Below are positions 49,495-61,500 of a DNA stretch of 64,000 nt, piece after piece (positions within the stretch are counted from its first letter, which is position 1; each line of letters starts with the position of its first letter). A program made the position numbers and the translations under genes. The stretch spans positions 14,756,001 through 14,820,000 of the forward strand of contig CM106586.1 in NCBI GenBank assembly GCA_048013815.1. The letters are read 5' to 3'. Origin of the DNA: Setoptus koraiensis. Lineage: Eukaryota > Animalia > Arthropoda. The notes beneath the pieces were generated by a model. That model had not been told where the DNA came from. It made no database searches and saw nothing but the letters and a program-made list of their open reading frames with translations.

Positions 49495-50293
49495 TGTTGC
49501 TCGGGACTATGTCAGGCTTATCAAGTTTGGAGATTCATTATATAGATGCAAACAACTAAAACGTGCCTCTCTTGGTAGGATGGCCAGTATCATGAAGCGC
49601 CAAAATGATAGCTTATCTTACCTGGAACAAGTTCGCCAGCATCTCTCAAGGTTGCCTTCGATAGATCCCACGACTAAAACCCTTCTCATTTGTGGTTTTC
49701 CCAACGTTGGTAAATCTAGTTTCATCAACAAAACAACTCGAGCTGATGTTGATGTTCAAGCTTATCCATTCACCACGAAATCTTTATACGTTGGTCACAC
49801 TGAATACAAGTATCAACAATGGCAAGTCATTGATACACCAGGTATCCTGGACCGTCCCTTAGAGGAGCGCAACACCATAGAAATGCAATCTATTACAGCT
49901 CTAGCTCACTTGCGATCCTGTATACTTTACGTCGTAGATTTCTCCGAACAATGTGGGTACTCCATCGAGCAGCAATTCGCATTATACAAGAGCATAAAAC
50001 CTTTATTCAGTAAGAAGCCGGTCTTCATTATCAACAACAAGACAGACATCGTTAGTCGGGAGACTTTGCCAGCTGATCGAAGAATCGTTGTGGAAGAATT
50101 CCTAGCACAAGAACTCAGTGATGATGTCCAGTTCAGACAAATGAGTACTCTAGCACAAGAGAATGTTGTAGAATTGCGTAATGAAGCTTGTGAGCTCATG
50201 TTATCTAAGCCAATAGCCGGTGTAAGAGTACCCAAATCAGCTACAACAACAGGATTTCAATTGCACGTCGCTCAACCTCCATATGTTTCAAAC
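49495..50293 (+). CDS. NOG1: NOG1/GTPBP4 exon 2 (GTPase domain)
   Basis: Acceptor actattgcag at 49494; [30 protein letters not shown]; G1 GFPNVGKS, G3 DTPG, G4 NKTD; phase-0 donor GTAAGT at 50294. Confidence 0.97.
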
Positions 50294-50330
50294 GTAAGTT
50301 TAAATTCTCTAAATTCATGTAGTGTTCCCC

Positions 50331-50402
50331 CTTACATGATGTACTAAAATCCAACTCTGAGACTCAAAGTTGTTCTCTGAGGACAAAAACATTCTGATCG
50401 AA
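50331..50402 (+). ncRNA. Box C/D snoRNA in NOG1 intron 2 (predicted SSU rRNA 2'-O-methylation guide)
   Basis: C box ATGATGT 50336-42 (one mismatch), D' CTGA 50357-60, C'-like TGAGGA 50378-83, D CTGA 50394-97. Guide AAAATCCAACT upstream of D' is complementary to conserved 18S AGUUGGAU. D box lies about 75 nt upstream of the 3' splice site. Confidence 0.75.
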
Positions 50403-50474
50403 CTTCTGTATTCCAGTTAACTCCCTTTACATGACTCGTATCTAATATATCTCCAATCTGACATTTTTCCACAG

Positions 50475-51254
50475 GATCGTACCCCTTACATACCAGCTGG
50501 TCTCATAGAGAGACGCAAGCTTGGATTGAAAGCTCTGAAAGAGGGTGAAAAATCTGAGCGTGAGCTCGAGCAAGAGCTAGGTGATGATTACATACTAGAC
50601 TTAAGGAAACGTTATGATATTCCTGATGAAGAGAAATACGATAAGGCTCTAGAGCTTTGGGAAGGACACAACCTTGCAGACTTCGTCGATCCCGACCTAC
50701 ATGTGAAATTGACTCAACTGGAGGAAGAGGAGCGTAGAAGAGATGAGGAAGGTTATTATGATATCAGCATGTCCGAGGACGAGGACATGGAAGGTATTCA
50801 TATGTTAGCAGAGCAAATTAGAGAGAAGAAGGCCTTGTTGAAGTGTGAACAAAGGCTTAATAATACTAACAAACCCAGAATCGGTAGATCGAAAACTAGA
50901 AAACGCGAGAGGAGTGTCAGTGCTCTCCGATCTTCCATGTCGGATCTTGGCGTTGAGTTAGATAGTGAAGGTGAAAGCCATTATAGCGAAGCGGCTGCCC
51001 GATCAGCATCGCGTGCTGCCAAACGTCCTCGAACTTTAAGTAAATCTCGAGACAGGTCAATGAGTGCCGTATCTAGATCAGAATCATGTATGCGTCCGCT
51101 CATGATAGAAAAGGCCCGCAAACTGAAAACCAAGAATCAAGCGACAAAGAGAACTCAGGCTCGCAAGGGAGAAGGTGATAGGCACATACCAAACCTGCGA
51201 CCTAGGCACCTTCTCTCAGGTAAGCGAAAATTGGGTAAAACATCACGACGTTAG
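50475..51254 (+). CDS. NOG1: NOG1/GTPBP4 exon 3 (C-terminal region); spliced product 634 aa
   Basis: Acceptor catttttccacag at 50474; DRTPYIP...ERELEQELGDDYILDL...EGHNLADFVDPD...KGEGDRHIPNLRPRHLLSGKRKLGKTSRR*, the typical NOG1 C-terminus. Confidence 0.96.
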   Translation, partial: DRTPYIPAGLIERRKLGLKALKEGEKSERELEQELGDDYILDLRKRYDIPDEEKYDKALELWEGHNLADFVDPDLHVKLTQLEEEERRRDEEGYYDISMSEDEDMEGIHMLAEQIREKKALLKCEQRLNNTNKPRIGRSKTRKRERSVSALRSSMSDLGVELDSEGESHYSEAAARSASRAAKRPRTLSKSRDRSMSAVSRSESCMRPLMIEKARKLKTKNQATKRTQARKGEGDRHIPNLRPRHLLSGKRKLGKTSRR

Positions 51255-51263
51255 ATGCACTAT

Positions 51264-51308
51264 AATAAACGTTATATATGATAGAATGTATAATAAGTTG
51301 ATAATAAA
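51264..51308 (+). promoter_or_regulatory. Polyadenylation signals of NOG1
   Basis: AATAAA at 51264-69 and 51303-08, immediately after the stop at 51254. Confidence 0.6.
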
Positions 51309-51367
51309 TTTACTACGCCTATGATGAATAGAATTATTTCTCAGATTCAACAGGTTTAGTCTTTTGC

Positions 51368-52054
51368 CTAACTCTCTCCGGTGCCCTGTGACTGCGGCTC
51401 GATTCCGGCGAATTTCATAAGTCTGCCCAATGGTATCCAGTGATTATAAATATTCCTGAAATGGCGTCTCATATCTTCAGTGCTTAGATCCGCATCTTCT
51501 AGCTCTAAATCCAACCTGTCCAACAATTCTTCAGCCAACTCTGGTTGCTCACTTCTGTACTGAACAAGATCCTCATATGCATCATCGTACAGCGCCGAAC
51601 TTGACCCTTCTGGCAAAATAATTCTGATGGTGTTCATTATAGCCTGGTATTTGTCCTTTTCTCTTGCCTTTTGTTCGTTGTGGATAACATTGTTTATTTT
51701 ATTATTCACAGAACTAGCTTCCGAATATGAGTCAGAGTTATGAGCTTTATTGAAGTCCTCCATCATTTCCAGCACTTGCTCACTGTATAACTTGATATTC
51801 GATTTGGCAAAACTCAGATCCAGATTCTCAAAGTAATCTTGTAAGATCTTTAATGAGGAAGCCTCATCAACAATTTTGTTCCCAGTCGTGTCAACCTGCT
51901 CGGTCTTACCATTAGTTTCAGTTTTCTTGTCTACATTGCTGTCAATTTTCTGTGCTGATTTGTCGTCAACGACAATTTCATCATCGGAGAGAACTTGCTT
52001 GAAGTTCAACAAGAGCGCCGTAGACAATAATGAATATAGAATTATTCTTTTCAT
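51368..52054 (-). CDS. Orphan secreted protein, 228 aa, acidic, cysteine-free, single exon
   Basis: ATG at 52054; signal peptide MKRIILYSLLSTALLLNFKQVLS|DDE; non-repetitive protein-like composition; no family recognised; 3' end converges on NOG1 113 bp away. Confidence 0.85.
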   Translation of the reverse strand: MKRIILYSLLSTALLLNFKQVLSDDEIVVDDKSAQKIDSNVDKKTETNGKTEQVDTTGNKIVDEASSLKILQDYFENLDLSFAKSNIKLYSEQVLEMMEDFNKAHNSDSYSEASSVNNKINNVIHNEQKAREKDKYQAIMNTIRIILPEGSSSALYDDAYEDLVQYRSEQPELAEELLDRLDLELEDADLSTEDMRRHFRNIYNHWIPLGRLMKFAGIEPQSQGTGES

Positions 52055-52532
52055 GTTTGTGAAAAACAAAATACAATTGTATGCCAGGTTTAATTTTTAT
52101 TGTCCCGTTCACAGAACTCAAGTAACAGTTTGAATCATCCAATTGAAAGACAAAAATAGGTCGTTTCCCCTCCCGACATGGATAGAGTAAGCATCCTATC
52201 TAGCCGGGACCTCCAGCCAAGAATATTGATAAGCTCCCTCTTGGTACACTATAGACAAAACAGAAATTTGTCGTCTATCTATTCCCGCAGTTGGAATAAT
52301 TATCGTGAACTTCGGAACAGAAAAGAAAAAAAAATTGAAATTATATACCTCTTTCTCGAGGGGAAACGATGATCATATCATGTTTTGTTTTTAGATATTA
52401 TTTACAATTGAATAGACTATCAATAAGTATAAATTTACAATAAGAATTAAAACACATTTTGAGGGTACGGGTGATTATCATGAAACACTATCATCTAAAT
52501 TAATTCTTTTTACGCCTAATATATCATGTTTA

Positions 52533-55500
52533 TCAGCGTTCATATTCATTGGTAAATGAGTGATTGTCCAAAGATGTTTCCAAATACATTCTAGATCCAC
52601 CTTTGAATTCTGCAGTTGCTAGGTTAGTAATGGATGACCTAGGGCTATCACCGAAGGCAGACATGGTGGCGATCGTAGTCGCGTGATCTTCATCTTCATC
52701 AAGAGAAGTCTCCAGAAATTTTTTCATATTTGCAGCGTTGGCGTTTGAATGTTGGGTTACAGTCGAAGTTGTCGCAGTACTGAATGTCGACATCGTTCCA
52801 GTTGATGTATTTTTTGTTTCAAAATTGACACGATCTTGGCTTGTTCTATGTGATCTGCCATCAGAATATCCATTATTGGACTGATTCATCAATACATTAT
52901 TTATATTTGATCCCTGATCATCAAGAGGTTGTGTGGAGTATGAAGGAGGCGCTCCATTTGATGGATTGCCAACATGTTGAATCGGTTGCTGATCAGAAAT
53001 GTTTTCAAATATAGGTAAGTATTTTTCTTGATTTATATCTGATCCACTCACGAAGTTTGTGTAAACTTGATAATCAAGGTCCGTCTCTTGTTGATACTGT
53101 TGAGATTCTAGAATTTGGTGCACGCTAACTCTTTTTTGCAACTGAAAAGTGCTGTTGGGCCACGAATCATCGGTTGTCGCGAGATCTTTTGAAGATGAGA
53201 TGTTGACATTTCCTGGCTCAGATTTTATTCCTTCGGAGCGGTCCATATCAGCATACAATCTGGCATTCATATCTTGAGAGCTGTAATTTTGTGATAGTTG
53301 CGGGTGGACTACATAGTCATCTATCTGATTATTATTGCTCGGCGAAACCTTGCGTATTGAATCTATATCATTTGGCACAATATTATTCTGGTTTCTTAGG
53401 CTAGATGGTAATCTGTTTGCTTGCTGGTGGTTGTTATAGTGGCCATCGAAGCGGTCAGCGCCATTCAGCACAAGTTCCTGTGCATCCAAGTCGCTATCCT
53501 TAGTTTGGTTGTATTGAGAGAGAATTTTATTTGAACGACCTTTTCGCTTGACGGAAGCTAGATTTATCTGTTCTCTGGCAATTGATGGCGGCGGTGATAG
53601 TTTCTTCAACTTTCGATAGTTTTGTTTTATAAATGGGTTTCTGCTGTTCGTGCTCCTTTGATCATGATCTAATGTATATTCGAAGCCATCGTCGTTGTTA
53701 TTAATGTAGTTGCTATATTGACTTTCTTTTATGAAATTATTGTGTGGATAATCGTCCGACAAACGAGACTGAGCATTGCGCCTCTCTTCGACAGTGTTAT
53801 AGGCGAGTTCGTATGAGTTCTTGATTCCTGGTTGGCTTATCCGCTGATGGGAGCGGCTCACGCTTCGATCACCAATGCTCGAGTTTTCAGGGTTTGGTAG
53901 GCTTCCATTAATTGAATGTGTTTGATATGCGACCAAGTTGTTCGATTGATCGACAAGCGATGATTGTCTACTGATAGAGCGCAGATAATCTTGCGAATTA
54001 CCCAGATCGAACTGACGATTTATATGACCACCATTAACTGAAGCAGAGGGATCTAATCTAATCAAGTTTGAGCTTTCGATACTCTGGGGTGTCAATTGAG
54101 TAGATAACGATAAGTCTGTCAGTGACGATTTATCATTATTGTAATATTGCCGTCGATACATGAGCTCATTTAAAGAGTTACTCGATGAATATCCTCTCGA
54201 TCTTATTGAGGCACGAAGGATAGAGTTATGTCTTTCCAGTTTTTCTTTGCGCCTCTGAGTTGATTTGAAGATCCAGCAAGTCATACATGAACACACCAAC
54301 AATAAAGTCATTAAAATGAGACCGATTGCTGCAAAACCTAAAGGCTCTCTATGCCAATCGGCCAAACTGACTTTAACATGAGGATTTTTTTCACACAAAA
54401 ATGTATGCCGCTCTAAGCAGTTAAAGTTTCTTGTTCGCATATCGTAGAGGGCTGGACACTCGTCGAATGGTACTTCAAAAGATTGTATCCAAACTCTACT
54501 TATGCGCGGATCGAAATCTTTCTCTTGTTGTCTAATAAATTTAGTATACTCGAGATGATAACCGCGGATAACAGGCATACTTGATTGTTCTTGATCACAA
54601 AAATCTTTCGCCTCTTGATACGTCATTCTTGCCCCAACATACACTAAACATGACTGACCAACTTGGGACCATCCTCCGGCACAAACACCACTCAGAACGG
54701 AGGAATTCTTTTCTAAGAATGGTTCATAGTCAACTCGAATCAAATGATCATGTTGCGATCGATCTCGTATCCTGCCCCGGATTGAATTTGTATTGTTGAA
54801 GCCCCAATAATTACCTCTAGCGTCGATGCTTGCATTTTGCAAGTTGATATTTTTGGTATCTATTATAGTCAAAGGGATGTTCTCTGCTACTTTTCTATAA
54901 ACATCACGACTAGATCCATCCCCGGCAGCTAAATGTATTAGCTCATCCTCTTTTGGCGAGCCTCTCGGAATAACGTCGTACCTGGACCAATTCAGTGTTG
55001 ACATTTCAAAGTGATTATCTGGATTGACAAAGTAGTTGCTATCAAGATGTGGACCTACACTGCCAAGGAATATTGTACTTTTATCCAAATCTTGAGTTGC
55101 TGTATTGTTGTAAATCCAATTGTTTTGAAAATTCTGATATAAAAATGGCAACTTTCCAAAACCCAAAACTTCTATCTGGTGCCAACCAATATTAGAGGTG
55201 AGTATATTTGAGCTGAACACGCAATTAGGAATTCTCGATAGAATTATGTTCGATTGGTAGGGTGACTTGTTTCTTGTGATGATGTTATATCTGACTTCAG
55301 CTTTCTGATACGAACCGTATCGTTGACCAACAATGATTAAAGCTCCATTATTCAGATTGCTCTCGAAAACGTTATTTTCAATTATTGCTTCCAGTGCAGA
55401 TGGAGACGTGTGTGAGTTCGCTTTAAGCAATAATGCGCCTTGGTTATTTTGCACCAGGTTGTTGGTGAATATTAAATGCTGACAGTTTTGCAGGTCCATC

Positions 55501-58500
55501 GTTATAGCACTCGGACAGGATGTAAAATTGCCAAACATATGGACGCAGTTTGAATCTATACGATTTTGTTTCATAACAATATTCGGTGAGCTTTCACCAG
55601 CGTTATAGACAGTTATGGCTCCCAATTTATTATTCGAGATTTCCGAAAATGTTAAATTGTTGTAAGAACTCCTCTCAATTAGATATGATATGGGCGTTGT
55701 GACTATCTCTGCAATGAATCCATAGTCATAATTTGCCGCGCTGGCATGGAGTCTTATTGTCATCGTGTGATCGCTCGTATGATAGAATCTCATTTCGGGT
55801 TTTTCACGTCGATGTCTCTCTGTCACACCCAGATCAACCAAAAGTCTTGATTCGATGTCAAAGATATTTCCATCATAAATTTTCATGTAATCAGGAATAA
55901 TAGAATATGATGTAGAATTGAATAAGTTGAATTGCAATAGACGAATACCTATATGTTTGACATTGTCCTTGCTCGTAACAATTTTCATGCAGTCCACGGC
56001 ACGGTTGTCATATTTATAGAATATGAGAATCCTTTCTTCGATATGTATGTGCTTGCTCGCTCCGCAAATATCCATAAGTCCGAATATGTCATGTGATAGA
56101 TCTGCGATCTTGAGAGGTTGATAGGGTATCACTGGGCTCATCGTTGAGGCTCCAACCAAGGATAGATAATTGATGCCAACACCAAGGTTATTCAATATTT
56201 TGAGGTTGAAGAAGTTTAAATTACCGGAAGCTGCAAGTACTTCGATACCATGGTGTGCGCAATTTTCTATATTGATATACTCCAATTGAACGTTACACTG
56301 AAATATCTGGATAGCCGGTGATCTCTCTTTGTGTAACATTCCTCCTCGGTCGATTAGAACGTACTGCATTCGGGATGTGACTGTAGATGAACTTCTCTGT
56401 TTGTAGGCATCATAGGTCGAAAACGATGTTTGATCACTGCTCGGGCAAGAGAATCGTATGCCGCCCCAGTTATTTGCTAAATCGATTGATATCGCTGAAG
56501 TTTTAGCTATCAATCCCACATTAGAGTCTACGCGCTTAATCATGAAGTCCTGACAATAGATATAGATATATTGATAACCATCATGAGTGCAGGCGTGAGA
56601 ATGATTACCGTAACCATTGAGTCGGACTTCACAATCTGCTAAATTTTGTTCGTTCCCTTCACATTGTAGAGGCTCCGGCCAATGCTTTATGCTAGATATT
56701 TGTTCCGGTTCGACTCCGTATCTACGACCCTGCTTGAACAAAGCCAGATGAGAATAACCCAATTGTCGACAAACGACTTTAGCATTTCTTTCAGTGAATC
56801 TGGCATCACAAGTAGGGACCCATTGTAGAGTTGTCTGGTTGAAAACCTCCAAGAATCCGTCAATATGACGATGAATGTCTGATTTCTTTTCCCCTAAGAA
56901 TTGATCACACGAATCATTTTTGCACAACCTAACACCACCCAAATCGATAGGGTAGGCTGATTGTAGAAATTTCAATGAGTAACTATTTGCAGGATTCAAT
57001 TGATCTTGGGACTGCATAGAACTCTGGGAAGTTATCAAAGAATCGTAAAAAAGTTGCTGTTTTGACGCTTGTGTAATCATCGAACTACTTATCATCGTTT
57101 GAGCGGGCCGCATCAGGATGGGTCTTTCTCTTGTTCCACCTGCAATCAACTCCCCCAAGACTAATATCCCGACATTGGGGAAGAACTCCAATACGGCACC
57201 CTTATCTATCAATAGTGTCACTCCAGGCATGACTGTAAGATCCGAAACAACCAAATATGGTTCTTTTCTTGCTGTTAGATTGAGAGATCGAGTCAATCTT
57301 CCACCAATACGATCCAGATTGAATGACTTTTCATTGGTGTTTAATGATGATATGGCAGCAGAAGTTGAATCGTCGATCAGGTAGGGACTTATAACCGCTA
57401 TAGGACGATTGTTCCAATCATCAAAATCAAAAATCCTATCATGGATTTCGCCGATATTAGATGTACCCCAATAGTTGCGAGATACATCGACAGTTTTCTC
57501 ATTTCCATCCATCACAATGTCAAGAACTAGTTCATAGCTCAGCTCGGGATTCTTTAAGACATTTCTGTTTATTTCGAAGTTTTGTACTCCTTTCATCCGC
57601 AAGGCAAAATCAGTGGGATATCGTTTGGTATCGTATCGGAGGAATTTTGTTTGATTGGAGGATAGATTGATATTATCTTGAATAGATCGACTGGATCTTC
57701 TATTTTGTTTTATATAGTTGAAACCGAAACTGGCATTCACAAGGCCCAACTTGTCAGCATGGCTTTGTATGTTGAAATCGATTATCCTATCACAATAATT
57801 ACTTTCAATAATGTTGTTCCTCATCAACATCTTCTTTTCCATTCCACTGATCTTGATGAGTTCGTTTTTGCATGAATTATCTTTGAAAGCGTTACCTGTG
57901 AGGTTCAACACTGCGAAATGCCCATCAATATGCAACCCAAACATGCTATTCTTGCTGAAATTATTATTATTGATCTGAATGGTGTGTGAGCAATTAATAT
58001 CATATCTCCAGTAATAGGGAAGTCGTATATCTATACCTCCTCCTTTATTCAATTCGTACAAGGTATCATTTATGGTCCAATGATATATATTATACGAATT
58101 CCTGATATCACGACCGAATTGTTTGATTCCACCTTGGTCTCGTTTGATCCAATTTTTGATGAGCTTATAACGAATTTCTGATGGTGTTGGTGTCATTTGA
58201 ATGTATTCAGCGTCATATCCATATATTTCATGATTCCCAACAAAGATGGCAGAGTCCATGTTATAGTCTAAGATATTATTAATTACACCTACTGTTTGGT
58301 TGCCATATCTACGATTGATACTAAAATTTGGTCCAGCAAAGTTGTTATAGTGCAAGAAATTCAATCCCCTACTATTCTGTTTAATAATGTTGTTAGCTAT
58401 GATTATAGTATTCAACTCATTAGTGTCCTCAAATGAGACTTTGGTTTTATGACTGTATCGGGCCCCATACTCAGCTACCTCATTGCGACCAGTCATTTTG

Positions 58501-61500
58501 AATGCCTGACTATCGTACTTTGGACGTACATAAATAATGACGTCACCTTTTGGTTTAGCTCCTGCTTGATAATTGAAGTGTAATTTATAACCAGGATTTA
58601 TCATAGGGAAAGCAGTTATGTTCGTTCTAAGATCCCATACAGGTGATTCTGGGTTAGAGCCAATGGTCATGGTGATATTCTCGGTAGATAGCACATGTAT
58701 GGGACTTATTATCATTAAACTAAGCATATACCCAGGATCTGTACTAATAGTGAAAGAGAAACTCTGATTGACTGGCGGGTTTCGTTTCAATATAAAGTAG
58801 CGAAAACTTTCTGGTGCCGTGGGTATCTCATAATTGACTACAGAATTAGCTTGCATGGAAACATGTACAATCGCATCTGGTATATTTGGTGATTCTATCC
58901 ATGATAGCATATCTCTATGGTCTAAATAAGACGAAGAAGGATTGTAGTCAAGCCCATTTTGTCGATTATTAGTGATATTGCTTGATTGTAGCATTAGGCC
59001 CGGTGATTTCAATACAACTCCATGTCTTCCATTATTATGGAATTTACTATGACTTATTTCATTCAATCGCATGCCAAGAACATCATTTCGGAGTATGCCC
59101 AAACCAGAATCACTGTTTTGCTTGATTGTCAAATGTGTTAGTTTGTGTCTGTTGAAATCTATCTGTAGCGCAGGTTTTAGTTTGTATGTTGCATAGTCAA
59201 AAACTCCAGCCTTTTGTATCAGAACATGCTCCAGACTCGAAGTTTCAGCCATCATTCCAAACCGGATTCCTGACCAAGAAGGTGGATAACACTTTATTCC
59301 AACTTCCTTTGTACAGGTTCCATCAAAGTCACCACGTGAAAGTAATTCAGCTCTGCATTTTGTTAGATCATTATCAAGGGAGGGATCACAGCGAACGTTG
59401 CTCATAAAAACATTAGTTGACAATTGTGTGAATTGTTGACCTTTGGAAATCAGAGATACATATTGAAACCTCTCCAGTGACCAGTCCTCTCTGTTGAGAA
59501 CCATGCCAAGTTGCTGACACACCACGGCTGCATCGTCGATGTCGAAGTTATAATCACAAACAGAGCCCCAAGCTCCGTCGATCTGGACTTCTAAGCGACC
59601 TTGACTGTTGGATGACAGACGGACTGTTTGCGTGGATGTTGGTGATTCTTTGGGAATTATTTGGCGTTTACTCATATTCTTTCTTGCGAGTTTGGGTGAA
59701 TTATCGTTTGTTTCTTTCAATGTATTATTGTGAGCTTTCGAGTCGTCTAGATAGTCTGTCGAAGAACTGTCATCTTCGTCATTAAAGCGCCTATCATTCG
59801 AATACCATGCCTCAGTCTTAGGAGCTGGGGGAGGTTGTGGGCGCACAGGAAGGCGTGAGCCTGATATGGTCGAGGTGAGTACTATATTATTGGCATTGCT
59901 ACCCAAGGCTTCCAACCTGCCTTGAACCATCATCCCGGTAGAATCAGGAAATTTCAGAATAGTGTCAGGTTTCAAACTAAGAGTAGAACCGGGCCTAACA
60001 TATATATCATCAGTAACTATATAGACACCAGGATTGAGCTCTTCTAATCCTTTTACTTCGCCGCCGATCTTGTTACCACCACTTTTGAAGCTTGTAATTT
60101 TGTCTCTTTCTCTGTCAAAAGAGAGGTCATTTCCAAACTCCAGATCCTCGGGGCTCATGAGGTATTGTAGAAATTCTACTTGAGCTAAATTGTAACGGTT
60201 TTTCCTATCAAAAATCCGCTTATATATCTCACCAGCATTGTAACCTTTACCCCAAAAATTAGCTGTAGCATTGATGACTTTTGAATGCATCTCCAAGTGG
60301 GATCCAAGGTCATATTGAGATTGTGGGTTATTGAATCTGTTTCGTATGATCTTAGTATTACTTGAACTTACTACAATAACCGCATGAACGCGAGATCTAG
60401 GATTTAGATCTGGATAAGGTTCGGTAATGATGTTGTTATCCAACGTATTTTTTGTGAATACGATCGACTGCTTAGAATTGTCCTCCTGAACTCCCAGATT
60501 AGCAACATATCTACCCTGGTTATCGCGGAAGTGGTTGCTGGCTATTCTGATGTACGCAGAAGCTTGAGGAAACGCATCGGAAGTTTGGTCCCTAAGTATT
60601 GAGTACTGATTACCGACATACAATACTGAAGTAGGGTGATTCAAAAAATTATTGTGCCTGATTAAAGACTTCAAATTAACAACAGGTGATATCTTGATAG
60701 CTCTTCTAAGATTTTCTCTAAATAAGTTATGGCTGATCATGAGTTCTTGATTTTGTACTATATGATTTGAGTTCTCTATTGGATGAAGCGATGTAGTTTG
60801 TTTCAACGACATTGATTGACTCCTAAGATATTTCTCATAAAGTGGACAGGATTGAAAAACAAGTGCATCCATCTGGTTGCTAATGAAAGAATTCATGCTT
60901 ATGTTCCATGTTGCGTCGTAACGACATATGTTACCGATAAAGACTCCTTCTTCACGATTGAGGCTTATATTCGAGTAACCGATGTGGGTTGTGAAATTGA
61001 AGGCGACCAGTTCTTTGTTTTCATCAAAATCGATGAATACACCTCTCCCATGGTTCCTCTGTATTGAAGAATTATATATATCATAAAAACCTCCAGCTAG
61101 ATTTATATATATACCGTGTCCTATGTTATCATCAATCCGGCTTTTGTTTACTAATACATCTCCACTGCCATCTTCCAAGTGAAGTCCACCTATATAGTCA
61201 TGACCGATAATTGTAGTATTGAGCACCTTAAGTCCACTTCGTGGGTTCTGAATCCAAACCCCACGACCGCTATTGTACATGATTGCACTGTTGGATATTT
61301 CTACATCCTCAGATCTGGCATTTCGGAACTCTCTTGTTTCATCAACCTCAATATCTACTGTAAACACAACGGTCCTATATTGAGCGGGTTCATAACACAC
61401 TTTTAAACGACCGAATTTACTAACAAGGCTTTGAGGTCTAGTATTGTTCGCAATCCTGACTCTGAAAGGATTAGAATCTCGATAGTCATCATATATTGTG

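Noticed and set aside
50191-50270. Divergent NOG1 segment after the G domain ([20 protein letters not shown]), suspected frameshift
   Set aside because: Both alternative frames hit stops within a few codons and total length (634 aa) is normal; treated as simple divergence.
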